This document shows, in pieces, positions 10,053 through 20,123 of a DNA stretch of 64,000 nt. The position numbers and the translations under genes are program-made. Numbering within the stretch: the first letter of the stretch is position 1; each line of letters opens with the position of its first letter. The notes beneath the pieces are model-generated. The model made no database searches and was not told the origin of the DNA. It saw nothing but the letters and a program-made list of their open reading frames with translations. This DNA is from Acidimicrobiales bacterium (GTDB lineage Bacteria > Actinomycetota > Acidimicrobiia > Acidimicrobiales > Ilumatobacteraceae), in the NCBI GenBank assembly GCA_038203385.1, contig JBBREA010000001.1, positions 25,196 through 89,195 on the forward strand, read 5' to 3'.

Positions 10053-11314
10053 CGGGTGACCACACCAAACTTCCGGCCAGGTATTGGCGTCAATGGTCCG
10101 CGAGCGCGATCAGCAACCTCGGTGACGGCATCAACTTTGTCGCCATGCCGCTGCTGGTGCTTTCGCTCACCAGCGACGAGCGAGTGCTCGCACTCACTAC
10201 CTTCGCCCTGTTCGTACCATGGTTGCTCATCGGGCTGCCGGTAGGTGTCGGCGTGGATCGCCTCAACCGCAAGCATCTCATGGCGGGCGCCAGCTTCGTA
10301 CGTTGCGGGCTGTTCGCCCTCGTTGCCTGGCTCGTCGCATCCAACAATATTTCGATCCCGGCCCTCATCGGTCTGCTCCTGGTCATCGGCTGCTGCGAAG
10401 TGGTGTTCGACAGCGCGGCTCAAGCCTTCCTGCCGATGCTGGTGCCCACCAACCAACTCGCTCGAGCCAATGGGTTGCTGTTCGCTGCCGAGGTGATTGC
10501 GGGCAGCGTCGCCGGGCTCTCCGTAGGGGCGCTGTTGTTCGACGCTTCGCCCAATTTGCCGTTCACGGTCAACGCTGTCAGCTTCTTCATCGCAGCCGTG
10601 TTCATCGTGTCGATTGCAGTTCGCCGTGATTCCGTGGTCCCTGCGCACACCGATCTACGGCTGTCGGTCGGGATCGGTTGGCTTCGACAGCACCGCACCT
10701 TGCGGACCCTTGCGGTCATGTTCGCAGTGACGAACTTTGGTCTGATGTTCGGCCAGGGCATCTTCGTCAAGTACGCCATCGAAAAACTCGGGCTCAGTTC
10801 GTTCGGGTACGGGTTGCTGCTGGCAATCACCGCAATGGGCGCTGCAACCGGGGGGTTGCTCGGACACCGAGTCATCAACCGATTTGGTCTCGCCAGGTCG
10901 GTCATCGGCCCGTACCTCGTGTTCGGCATCGCTCAAGTGCTCATCGGCATCGCCCCTGATGCGTGGCTCGTCGGAGCTGCCGGATTCTTCCTCGGAGCGG
11001 CGATCACGGTGTGGAACGTCGTCACGGTCACCATTCGCCAGCAACTCATCCCCTCCGACATGTTCGGGCGGGTGAACGCGGTCTATCGCTGGTTTGGTGC
11101 GGCGGCGAGCGCAGCGGGTGTCGCCTGTGGCGGGTTTCTTGCGTACTGGACGAATCTCAAGATGCCGTTTCTGGTCGGCGGAGCGCTCGCCTTGCTCGCA
11201 GCCGCTCTCTTCGGTGCTCCGGTGATACGTGGCCTACGTCAAGAGACCGACTCCGACTTCGGTCAGATCCCCGCTGACGATCACTCCCACGCTGTTCGTT
11301 CGACCGATCGGTGA
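10049..11314 (+). CDS. MFS transporter
   Basis: SNLGDG, GVGVDRLNRK motif A, about 12 TM helices. Confidence 0.88.
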   Translation: MTGDHTKLPARYWRQWSASAISNLGDGINFVAMPLLVLSLTSDERVLALTTFALFVPWLLIGLPVGVGVDRLNRKHLMAGASFVRCGLFALVAWLVASNNISIPALIGLLLVIGCCEVVFDSAAQAFLPMLVPTNQLARANGLLFAAEVIAGSVAGLSVGALLFDASPNLPFTVNAVSFFIAAVFIVSIAVRRDSVVPAHTDLRLSVGIGWLRQHRTLRTLAVMFAVTNFGLMFGQGIFVKYAIEKLGLSSFGYGLLLAITAMGAATGGLLGHRVINRFGLARSVIGPYLVFGIAQVLIGIAPDAWLVGAAGFFLGAAITVWNVVTVTIRQQLIPSDMFGRVNAVYRWFGAAASAAGVACGGFLAYWTNLKMPFLVGGALALLAAALFGAPVIRGLRQETDSDFGQIPADDHSHAVRSTDR

Positions 11315-12073
11315 TCAGCCGCCCGTACGCGCCATCCCCCCACCGTCGATCACAATGGTCTGCCCGGTGATCCAAGAGGCGGCGTCGGAAGCCAGAAACA
11401 CCGCAAGATTGGCAATGTCGGCCGGAAGGCCCAGGCGCTTCGTCGGAAGCGCTGTTGCGAGCGTTTCACCGAAGTTGTCCACGAGCACCTGTGCGAAATC
11501 GGTCTGCACCAACCCGGGGGCGATACCGACCACTCTGGTTGGCCCGATCTCGGAGGCGAGCTGGGTCGTGAAGTGCACCAGCGCAGCTTTGGTGAGGTTG
11601 TACACACCCAACCCGAACTCCGATCGCAGACCGCCGACCGAAGCGATGTTGATGATCACACCCGGAGTGGTGCCAAAGGCCCGGTTGGCCGCTCGCGCCC
11701 AATAGAGCGGGCCCCGCAAATTGACCTCGAACGTCTTGTCGAACTTTGATGGTTCGATTTCGAGCGTCGGGCCGAAATGCGGGTTGGTCGCGGCATTGTT
11801 CACCAGCACATCGACGCGACCGAATCGTTCGACCGTGGCGGCAACGCAGGCGTCCGCGACTTCGATGCTGCCGGCGTTCCCAGCGAAGACGGCAGCGTGC
11901 CCGGCGGCACCCGACGCCTCGATTTCGGCCGCGGCAGCTTCGAGTTGGTCGATCTTGCGCGACGTGAGCATGACGTTGGCGCCGGCCGCAGCCAGCTGCG
12001 ACGCAATTGCCTTCCCGATTCCCTTCGACGCGCCGGTGACGATCGCGACTTTGCCTTCCATCGAGATGTACAT
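11315..12073 (-). CDS. Short-chain dehydrogenase/reductase
   Basis: TGASKGIG, NNAA, YNLTK. Confidence 0.92.
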   Translation of the reverse strand: MYISMEGKVAIVTGASKGIGKAIASQLAAAGANVMLTSRKIDQLEAAAAEIEASGAAGHAAVFAGNAGSIEVADACVAATVERFGRVDVLVNNAATNPHFGPTLEIEPSKFDKTFEVNLRGPLYWARAANRAFGTTPGVIINIASVGGLRSEFGLGVYNLTKAALVHFTTQLASEIGPTRVVGIAPGLVQTDFAQVLVDNFGETLATALPTKRLGLPADIANLAVFLASDAASWITGQTIVIDGGGMARTGG

Positions 12074-12100
12074 GTATCGACCGTAGTCGGCGCTTCCGGG

Positions 12101-13450
12101 TCAGGAGGCTTTGGTCGCCTTGTTCGACCGAGCCGATTTGGTCAGGGGCGCGGCGACATCAGATTCGTCGGGATCGAGCTCGGAAACGTTCCGTACCTGC
12201 ACCCGCCTGACGCGGCGACCCTCGACCTCGATCGCCGTGAAGTGCCATCCTTCGAACTCGAACTCTTCGCCGGGGGTGGGCACGTGCTCGAGCGTGCTGA
12301 AGACCAAACCACCCAGCGTGTCCCAGTCGTCGTTCGGCAGGTGGCCGGCCAGAATGTCATTGAGTTCGTCGATCGACATTCCACCATCCACGATGTAGTC
12401 GCCGTTGGGCAACCGTTGCACCGCATGCTCCTCGATGTCGTACTCGTCGACGATCTCGCCCACCAGTTCTTCGAGGCAATCTTCCAGGGTGATGAGCCCT
12501 GCGATGTCGCCGTACTCGTCGGCCACGATCGCGAGGTGGAACTTTCCTGCCTGCATCTCGCGCATCAACCGGTTGACGGGCTTGTTCTCGGGAATGAACC
12601 GTACTGGTCTGGTGAGTTCGAGTACCGAGCCTGCTCCCTGACCCTCCCGCTCGGCGCGGATGAGATCTTTCGTATACGCGAGACCGATCACATCGGACTC
12701 ATCAGGACCAAAGACGGGCAATCGGCTGTATCCGTTGGCAATGGCGAGATCGAGTGCCGTCGAGATCGACGCGGTGTTGGGGACGATCGCCATGTCCGGA
12801 CGCGGCACCATCACCTCACGTGCCACTGTGTCACCGAACTCGATGATGCTTTCGATGAGTTCACGCTCTTCGTGTTCGATGACCTCGTCGTCGGCTGCAG
12901 CGCCGACGATTCCGAGCAGCTCTGACTCGCTGACGAAAGGCCCCTTCGCGAGGCCTTTTCCTCGGACGATGATGTTCGTCAGGCCGATCAAACCGCGAGA
13001 CATGAACTGCAGCGGAGCGAATCCGGCGAGTGCGCGAATTGGTCGAGCGGTGATGAGTGCGGCTCGCTCTGGATGCTGAACCGCGTAGGTCTTGGGCACT
13101 GCTTCGGCGAGCACGAAGAAGACGACGACGTTGAGTGCAACGCCGATGGCCACGCCGGGCCCACCGAACAACCGACCAGCGACGATGCCCGTCAAGGTGG
13201 CCTGCACCGTCTGACAGATATTCACGGTCAGCAGGAGCGGATTCACCCAACGTTCGGGCTCGGCGACGAGCCGTACCAGACTCGGCCCAGCGCGACTGCC
13301 GCCTTCAGCGATCGATGCCGCCTTCGGCTTGGTCATCTGCGACAGGCCCATCTCCGCGATTGCACAGAAGATCAAAACCAACAACAGGATGAAGATCACA
13401 CCCAGCATCAGCAACTCCGGGCCGCCAAGTGACGCTGCGAGGATGGTCAT
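12101..13450 (-). CDS. Hemolysin/CNNM family protein (DUF21-CBS-CorC)
   Basis: EAVPKT, REVMVPR, YSRLPV, DEYGDIAGLITLED, DTLGG. Confidence 0.9.
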   Translation of the reverse strand: MTILAASLGGPELLMLGVIFILLLVLIFCAIAEMGLSQMTKPKAASIAEGGSRAGPSLVRLVAEPERWVNPLLLTVNICQTVQATLTGIVAGRLFGGPGVAIGVALNVVVFFVLAEAVPKTYAVQHPERAALITARPIRALAGFAPLQFMSRGLIGLTNIIVRGKGLAKGPFVSESELLGIVGAAADDEVIEHEERELIESIIEFGDTVAREVMVPRPDMAIVPNTASISTALDLAIANGYSRLPVFGPDESDVIGLAYTKDLIRAEREGQGAGSVLELTRPVRFIPENKPVNRLMREMQAGKFHLAIVADEYGDIAGLITLEDCLEELVGEIVDEYDIEEHAVQRLPNGDYIVDGGMSIDELNDILAGHLPNDDWDTLGGLVFSTLEHVPTPGEEFEFEGWHFTAIEVEGRRVRRVQVRNVSELDPDESDVAAPLTKSARSNKATKAS

Positions 13451-14019
13451 GAAGCTTCCTCCTGCTCCTGAACGAACCCTTCTGGCGGCGGCCCATGCCA
13501 ATGCAGCTGCATCAGGAGTTCCAGTTGACGTGAGCGCATCCGCAGCGTCTCCTCCGGTTCGGCGTGATCGTGGCCGAGTACGTGCAAGATGCCATGGACA
13601 ACCAGCAATGCGATCTCGTCGTCGATCGTGCCCGCGTGATCGGGTGCTGCCTCGGCTGCGATCGCAGGGCAGATCACGACGTCGCCCAACAGCACTGGAC
13701 CAACGTGGCTGTGAGCGGCCATGGCACCGCCAACCGGCGAACTGCCTCGCGAGTTGTCGCGGTCATCGAGCGCGTCCAGGGGAAACGACAAGACATCTGT
13801 TGGCCCCGACTTTCCCATGTGTTCCGAGTTGAGTTCGGCCATCTCGCCAACGTCGACGAACGTGAGGGTAAGTTCTCCGGAGCATCCTTCAGCGATGAGC
13901 ACGGCCTCGGCCAACCGGGCCCACCGATTGGCATCGACCGCCACGTCGGTCTGCTCGTCGCTCACGACGATGGTGACCTCGGGCGGCTCGACGCCGGTGG
14001 GACTGCCAGACGAAGACAT
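13447..14019 (-). CDS. ybeY: rRNA maturation endoribonuclease YbeY
   Basis: PTDVLSFP, HGILHVLGHDH. Confidence 0.95.
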   Translation of the reverse strand: MSSSGSPTGVEPPEVTIVVSDEQTDVAVDANRWARLAEAVLIAEGCSGELTLTFVDVGEMAELNSEHMGKSGPTDVLSFPLDALDDRDNSRGSSPVGGAMAAHSHVGPVLLGDVVICPAIAAEAAPDHAGTIDDEIALLVVHGILHVLGHDHAEPEETLRMRSRQLELLMQLHWHGPPPEGFVQEQEEAS

Positions 14020-14969
14020 CAGTGTTCTCGCTCGTAGGCCGCGACGATGTCGGCGACGATTTTGTGACGAACGACGTCGCTCGCCGTGAGTTTGACGAAT
14101 TCGAGCCCATCGACCCCACCCAGGATCTTCTCCAATCCGAGCAGACCTGACCTGCCATTCGGCACGTCTACCTGCGTCGCGTCGCCCGTGACCACGACTT
14201 TGGAACCGAAACCAATGCGAGTGAGGAACATCTTCATCTGCTCGGGGGTGGTGTTCTGCGCCTCATCGAGAATGATGAACGAACTGTTGAGCGTTCGCCC
14301 ACGCATGAATGCCAGCGGCGCGACTTCGATCGTTCCCCGCTCCAACAGCTTCTGCGCACCTTCGATGTCGACCATGTCATAGAGGGCGTCGTACAGGGGG
14401 CGGAGGTAGGGATCGATCTTCGCGCTCAGATCGCCGGGCAAGAAGCCGAGTCGTTCGCCGGCCTCGACGGCCGGACGGGTGAGGATGATCCGTTCCACCT
14501 GTTTGGCCTGCAGCGCTTGAACGGCCATGGCCACTGCCAACCACGACTTGCCCGTGCCGGCAGGGCCGACGCCGAACGTGATGATGTTGTTCTGAATCGC
14601 ATCGATATACCGCTTTTGGCCGGCGGTCTTCGGTCGCACTTGACGACCTTTCGACGATCGCAACACCTGGTGTGTGAGTACCTCGGTGGGGCGTTCGTCG
14701 GAACGAATCATCGCGATGGATCGTTCGATCGTACGTTCATCGAGGTCGTGACCCCGTTCGAGCAGGCCCACCAGTTCTTCGAACAGTCGACCGACCTGTT
14801 CGGCCTCCGGGCCGCGGACCGAGATTTCGTTCCCTCGCACCGACACTGCTGTCGTGGGAAACTGCTGCTCGATCAGCCGAAGATTGTGGTCGCGTTGACC
14901 CACGAGAGCAGCCATCAGGTGCGGGCCAGGCACAACAACGGTGGTGGAGTACGTGTCAGTGCTGGTCAT
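14019..14969 (-). CDS. phoH: PhoH-like ATPase
   Basis: GPAGTGKS, RPAVEAGERLGFLPG, MRGRTL, DEAQN. Confidence 0.95.
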   Translation of the reverse strand: MTSTDTYSTTVVVPGPHLMAALVGQRDHNLRLIEQQFPTTAVSVRGNEISVRGPEAEQVGRLFEELVGLLERGHDLDERTIERSIAMIRSDERPTEVLTHQVLRSSKGRQVRPKTAGQKRYIDAIQNNIITFGVGPAGTGKSWLAVAMAVQALQAKQVERIILTRPAVEAGERLGFLPGDLSAKIDPYLRPLYDALYDMVDIEGAQKLLERGTIEVAPLAFMRGRTLNSSFIILDEAQNTTPEQMKMFLTRIGFGSKVVVTGDATQVDVPNGRSGLLGLEKILGGVDGLEFVKLTASDVVRHKIVADIVAAYEREH

Positions 14970-15177
14970 GCGGAGATCGGACGCCGGCGGCGTTCATCGC
15001 CACACGCTAGCGCCTTGCAACAACACTCGTCTTCATCAATCGGCCCGGGATGCATCTGCTCGCAAAGAGCTACGGCACAAACGCACCGTCCAGCTCGGTA
15101 CAAGCGAACAGCTGAACCGAAAATAATCAGAAGAAAGTTCTACGGAATCTTGAATGTTGGGCCGATGAAAAGCTCAC

Positions 15178-17637
15178 GTGTCCCGCCGGGCACCGACCAG
15201 CGCCACCAGGAAGCCCAGGACCTTGGACGAACCCGACCTCCAATCGAGTAGTGAGAAGCGGTGGCGATATGCCGCCGTTTGCTTCGGTTTGCTCGCTCTC
15301 GGGGCGATTTCAGCGGCGGCCGCCTCCAACGACGACGCCTCGATCAAGCTGTTGTGGCGAAGTGGCGTGGCACTGGCAACCGTGAGCGCTGTCATCGTCT
15401 CGTGGCGCTCTCCACGCGTACCCGCACTCGTCGTGGTCGGCGTCGGCGTGTTGGGTTTCCGTGTCACCACCGTCGATTTCGGTACCGATGCCGGCACTTT
15501 GGCAGCCTCGAACTGGTTGTCCGCCAGCGTCGATCTCTTCCTCGGGCTTGGCACGCTGGCCGCCATCTTGTGGCTCACGCGTCATCATCGCGGCCGTCTC
15601 GACCGTCACACTGCGCTCGACGGCTTGATCGTTGGGTCTGGGGCCGGGCTGGTCACCTGGGTCATTCTGGTCGTGCCAGCCCTCGAGCAGTCGCTTCATC
15701 CGGCCCTTGCGATCCTGTCGACGCTGCACTTGCCACTTGCCGTGCTGCTGTTCACGTTCACCGTCGACTTGTGGCTCGACGGGCTCGTGAGAAATCGTGC
15801 GATCATCCTGTTGGTCGCAGCGACGAGCTGCAATCTGATTGCGTCTGGCCTGAACGCGCTGACGCAGGTCGAACAGATCGGGAACGAAGTGCTTCCGATC
15901 ACACTGGCCCTGTTTCTCGCATCGATTGTCCTCGTGTGGCGCGCCCTGACCCACCCCGACCTCGATGCCGTCTGTCAAACCAACCTGCCGAGCGGATCGA
16001 CCGCCGAGGGTGACGCCCTTCGGCTCGCTCCTCTCGTCGCCTCGATGTTCGTGCCGGTGTGCTTGATAGCCCTGGTCAGTCCGAGCTCGAACCTCGACCG
16101 TGCGGCTCGGATGGCTGGAGCGTTCGCTGTCGCCCTCGCTCTCGTCGTTCGACTCTTGATCGCATCCCGCGCGATTGCCAGGTCGGAAAAAGCGCTTGCT
16201 GATCGACTCAGTCATGACGAACTCACTGGACTTTCCACGCGAAGGCGTTTCATCGTGGATGTCACCGAGTCGCTCGAGCGCACGTGGAGGACCGAGCACC
16301 TGCCGGCCGTGATTCATCTCAGTCTCGATCGTTTCAAGAACATCAACGATTCGATGGGCCACGATCTGGCCAACGAGGCCCTCCTGGCGGTGTCGGAACG
16401 GCTCACGACCGCCGTTGCGTCGTTCGGCGGCGTGGCCTCACGAACCGCTGGTGACGAGTTTGCGGTGTTGGACCCGTCGATCACCTCGTTCGAAGCGGCA
16501 TTGCACCGGGCCGACGAACTGGCCGGCCTGATCCGACTGCCCATCGTCGTCGCCGACTCGATGGTGTTCGTCACGGCCAGTATCGGTGTCGCGGTCGCGC
16601 CGCGGAGCCGTTCGATCAACGCAGTCGAACTCATGCGGCGAGCCGACATTGCCGTTCATCAGGCGAAGGGACGGGGCCGTGACCGAGTCGCGTTGTTCGA
16701 CGACTCGATGCAAGCCGACATCGCCAACCGCATGGACGTCGAACACGCACTTCACGGTGCGATCGGGCGGGGTGAGATGCGCCTGTACCAGCAGCCGATC
16801 GTCGATATCTCTACCGGTCGCCTCAGCGGATTCGAAGCTTTGATCCGTTGGGAACGCTCGCCCGACGTCATGATGCCACCGAGCGAGTTCATCTCGATCG
16901 CAGAAGAAACCGGGCTCATCAACGAAATAGGTTCGTGGGCACTGACCGAAGCACTCTGCGACCTGCGCAAGTGGATCGATGAAGGAGTCGCCGCCGCAAC
17001 CACGACCATGTCGGTCAACGTGTCACCGCGCCAGCTCGCCGACCCCGGATTTCCAGCCATCGTTCGAGCTGCACTCGACATCTCGGGCGTCTCGCCACAC
17101 CTCCTGTGGATCGAAATGACCGAGTCGATGATGATCAACGAACCCGAACTCGCGAAGCGCACGTTGTCTGAGGTTCGGTCCATGGGTGTGCGCATCGCCC
17201 TCGACGACTTTGGCACCGGGTATTCGTCGCTATCGCTCCTACAGCAGTTCCCGATTCAACGGATCAAGATCGACCGCGCATTCATCAGCGGTATCGCAGA
17301 GCGTTCCCACGACCGGTCGCTCGTACGAACGATCATTGCGATGGCCCAGTCGATGGGTCTCGATCTCGTCGCAGAAGGCATCGAGACGGTGCATCAGTTG
17401 CAGTCGCTGAGAGAACTGGGATGCGACAAAGCCCAGGGATTCCTGATCAGCCGCCCTGTTCCGGCCGAGGCAGTGCGCGGCACGATTGCGGCTATCGGCG
17501 AGCTGGCTGAGCTGTCGATGTTCCAATCGGGCGGCGACATCACCCGACCGATGGCACGCCCCACCGAAGCGGCCTATCCCGCCATGACCGAACTGTCGTC
17601 CCACGGCGTGCGGCCACTCGGCCGACCATTCGTCTGA
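15178..17637 (+). CDS. Membrane-anchored GGDEF-EAL protein (degenerate AGDEF, intact EAL)
   Basis: N-terminal TM helices, HDELTGL, RTAGDEF, FEALIRW, DDFGTGYSS. Start uncertain. Confidence 0.88.
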   Translation: MSRRAPTSATRKPRTLDEPDLQSSSEKRWRYAAVCFGLLALGAISAAAASNDDASIKLLWRSGVALATVSAVIVSWRSPRVPALVVVGVGVLGFRVTTVDFGTDAGTLAASNWLSASVDLFLGLGTLAAILWLTRHHRGRLDRHTALDGLIVGSGAGLVTWVILVVPALEQSLHPALAILSTLHLPLAVLLFTFTVDLWLDGLVRNRAIILLVAATSCNLIASGLNALTQVEQIGNEVLPITLALFLASIVLVWRALTHPDLDAVCQTNLPSGSTAEGDALRLAPLVASMFVPVCLIALVSPSSNLDRAARMAGAFAVALALVVRLLIASRAIARSEKALADRLSHDELTGLSTRRRFIVDVTESLERTWRTEHLPAVIHLSLDRFKNINDSMGHDLANEALLAVSERLTTAVASFGGVASRTAGDEFAVLDPSITSFEAALHRADELAGLIRLPIVVADSMVFVTASIGVAVAPRSRSINAVELMRRADIAVHQAKGRGRDRVALFDDSMQADIANRMDVEHALHGAIGRGEMRLYQQPIVDISTGRLSGFEALIRWERSPDVMMPPSEFISIAEETGLINEIGSWALTEALCDLRKWIDEGVAAATTTMSVNVSPRQLADPGFPAIVRAALDISGVSPHLLWIEMTESMMINEPELAKRTLSEVRSMGVRIALDDFGTGYSSLSLLQQFPIQRIKIDRAFISGIAERSHDRSLVRTIIAMAQSMGLDLVAEGIETVHQLQSLRELGCDKAQGFLISRPVPAEAVRGTIAAIGELAELSMFQSGGDITRPMARPTEAAYPAMTELSSHGVRPLGRPFV

Positions 17638-17708
17638 CAGACCGGGCCACCACCGGCAGAACGAGATCGGGCCGCAGGATGAAACATCCCGCGGCCCGAA
17701 CGTTGCGG

Positions 17709-17780
17709 AGGCGACGGCGGGAATCGAACCCGCGTGGACGGCTTTGCAGGCCGTTGCCTGAGCCACTCGGCCACGTCGCC
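17709..17780 (-). tRNA. tRNA-Cys(GCA)
   Basis: Reverse complement GGCGACGTGGCCGAGTGGCTCAGGCAACGGCCTGCAAAGCCGTCCACGCGGGTTCGATTCCCGCCGTCGCCT folds as a cloverleaf with GCA anticodon. CCA is not fully encoded. Confidence 0.95.
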
Positions 17781-17886
17781 ATGGCGCCCCACACCATAGC
17801 GGCAGTTCACCCGCAGGCCGTTTCCGATTCGCCGGTCCTTGCAGGTGCACGCCAGAAGGCCCACCGGTCGGCCAACATAGCCCTAC

Positions 17887-18612
17887 GTGAAATCACCATC
17901 AGCTGTCTCCCGTGACCGCGACCACCAATCTGTGGGCGCCCGGCAATCTTGGCGTCACCGGCACTCCTGGCTCAGTGCTGCTGCGATCGCCGTCTGCCTG
18001 AACGCGGCGAGCGCTGCCTGCTCGCCCGCCGATGAATCGACTGAGGCCTCGTGCGGAGAACTGGTGAGTGACGCAGCTCGAGCCATCGAGCCAGCCGAGG
18101 AGCTGCGCCTCCTCGATGAGGGCCTCATGATGTGCGAATCGTACGAGGCGTTCGCGACTGAACTCGAGCGTTATCCCGGGGCACTTGGCTATTCCGTGGA
18201 GGCCTTCATCGAGCGGCGCTGCACGGTGACCACTCTCGCTGAGCTTGTCAGATCCCCCACCTGCCTCACGGCGAACCCTCCGACGACCCCGCCGTCCACC
18301 ACGATCGTGGAGTTGGTGTTCGTCGGCACCACCGTCGACGGGCGGCTCGTCGAGATGCGGCCCACCGCTGAGATGCCCTTCATCGATGAGGTGCCTGCTG
18401 AGATTCAGCGCACCGTCGACATTGCTCTCGCAGAGGGTTGCGATGGTCTGCGGGCTCAACGCGATCGTTGGATCGCTGCTGTCGACGGCTCAGCGGCCTC
18501 TGATTCCGCCTCGGTGTTCGCTCAACACGCTCAGAATGTGGCGACGTTCACCGGCTGCGACATCGGCACCATCGAAGTCTCGTTCGTCACGGTGCCACCG
18601 GTGACACCGTGA
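17887..18612 (+). CDS. Hypothetical Cys-containing lipoprotein/exported protein
   Basis: Hydrophobic stretch ending AAC, acidic body with several Cys. Start uncertain. Confidence 0.6.
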   Translation: MKSPSAVSRDRDHQSVGARQSWRHRHSWLSAAAIAVCLNAASAACSPADESTEASCGELVSDAARAIEPAEELRLLDEGLMMCESYEAFATELERYPGALGYSVEAFIERRCTVTTLAELVRSPTCLTANPPTTPPSTTIVELVFVGTTVDGRLVEMRPTAEMPFIDEVPAEIQRTVDIALAEGCDGLRAQRDRWIAAVDGSAASDSASVFAQHAQNVATFTGCDIGTIEVSFVTVPPVTP

Positions 18613-18815
18613 GTCGTCTCGTCGTTGAACGGGTTGAAGTCGCCACCGTCGAGCAACAAGAACGCAATGATGAACACCACCAACACCACCACCGTCGCGG
18701 CGATCCACTGGGCTGTTGGCCCGAACGCTCGCCGGTCGCGATACCGGCCGTTCCTCGACCGCGTGGGGCGCCCTTTGGGTGGAGTGGTCCGTTTCGGTGA
18801 CGTGTCCTGGGTCAT
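18531..18815 (-). CDS. Small single-TM hypothetical protein
   Basis: Basic N-terminus followed by one TM helix (WIAATVVVLVVFIIAFLLL). Confidence 0.6.
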   Translation of the reverse strand: MTQDTSPKRTTPPKGRPTRSRNGRYRDRRAFGPTAQWIAATVVVLVVFIIAFLLLDGGDFNPFNDETTHGVTGGTVTNETSMVPMSQPVNVATF

Positions 18816-19174
18816 CGGAGCAGATGGTACAACTCCGAAGCCGTCCGGCAGGATCCGGCACCTCATCGCAGTGCCGGGGGAAATGGCGCGCTTGCACTAT
18901 CTAACGCGACAGCAAGCACCGATACACGGTCACGAGCTCGACGTGTTCGGCGTTGCGTCATGGGCCTCGCCTGCGGATCGGCACAGTTTCGTAGAGCCCT
19001 ATCTGAAAGGACCTGACGCAAAGAACCCCGGCCGATTCAGACCCCGCCTGCAATGCTGATGACCGAGGTCTTCACTGAGCAGATGTAGGGGCTCGCATGC
19101 GACTTGGCGCCGACACTTGACCCAGCGACACGCCCCCACCGGCGTTCAGGTAGCGCTGGACGCGTCGTCGCCGA

Positions 19175-19564
19175 TCACGCGAATTTGGCGTTGTGCTTGT
19201 TGTCGTGGACCTGGAAGTAGAACTGCGGATAGCCGTTCGGCGTATTCGTGGCCCGACATACCAACCCATCGCCGTTGACATCAACGGCGACCTCTTCGCC
19301 GAATACACCCTCGATAATCCACGCCTCAAACTCGGCGACGGTGGCGAAGTTGAACAACCCCGCCTGTTCCTCCATCGTGGAGCCCTCAGCCAGAACGCCC
19401 GCAGCGGTGGCCGCCAGCCACTCGGTAGGGCCGCTCACCACCCACGTGTGCGATGGGCAGCCTCCCTTGGTCGGCTGGCTGGCGCCCGCGGTCGTCGGGA
19501 CGGCGAACACCACTGCCCCCAACGCAAACCCGGCCAACGATCGCGAGGTTCTGCCCATGAGCAT
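19175..19564 (-). CDS. Secreted hypothetical protein
   Basis: Signal peptide ...PTTAGA, Cys pair, DVNGDG (EF-hand-like) loop. Confidence 0.65.
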   Translation of the reverse strand: MLMGRTSRSLAGFALGAVVFAVPTTAGASQPTKGGCPSHTWVVSGPTEWLAATAAGVLAEGSTMEEQAGLFNFATVAEFEAWIIEGVFGEEVAVDVNGDGLVCRATNTPNGYPQFYFQVHDNKHNAKFA

Positions 19565-19749
19565 CCGTCCTTCCGTAGCTCCCAATTTGGTCGGCAACAT
19601 CGTGATGTCGCCATCCCCGAGCGAACTTTAGAACGTCTGCTGCTCGGTGGCAACTGCACGTCCGATCCGGGAGAGGCGTCGGCACGACAGATCGAACAGC
19701 AACAAGCGAAAACGCAGGAAACCCATCTAACGGCAGGGTTCCCTCGGAT

Positions 19750-19965
19750 TGAACCGGCCGAGGTTTTGCGTCAGGTTCACCCAGTCCCTGGAAGGATCAA
19801 GAGATGCCAGTACGGAAGGATTACGAGCCTGAGTTCAAGGGCCAGGCTGTCAGGTTCGCGCGCGGGGAGATGGAGCCCGACGAGTCGCGTGAGCATGCGT
19901 GTGAACGGCTCGGCCCGAAGCTGAAGGTGAAGGCGGTAACGCTGTACAACTGGTTGAAACATTCG
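19750..19965 (+). mobile_element. IS3-family remnant (left end plus truncated OrfA)
   Basis: TGAACCGGCC end resembling IS6110/IS51-group ends. MPVRKDYEPEFKGQAVR...VTLYNWLK HTH from ATG 19804, then similarity is lost. No OrfB. Confidence 0.75.
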
Positions 19966-20123
19966 GCGTCGGCCAATCGGCTCGATCGGCGACAGCGTCG
20001 ACAACGCGATGACGGAGACGACGATCCGTACGCCGCGTCTGGTCGTCGGGTTGAGCCGGCAACTGTCCTCGTGAAGCGCCCCACCCCCGGGGCGCTTCAC
20101 GGGCATCGCCGTAGGTTGAGCCC

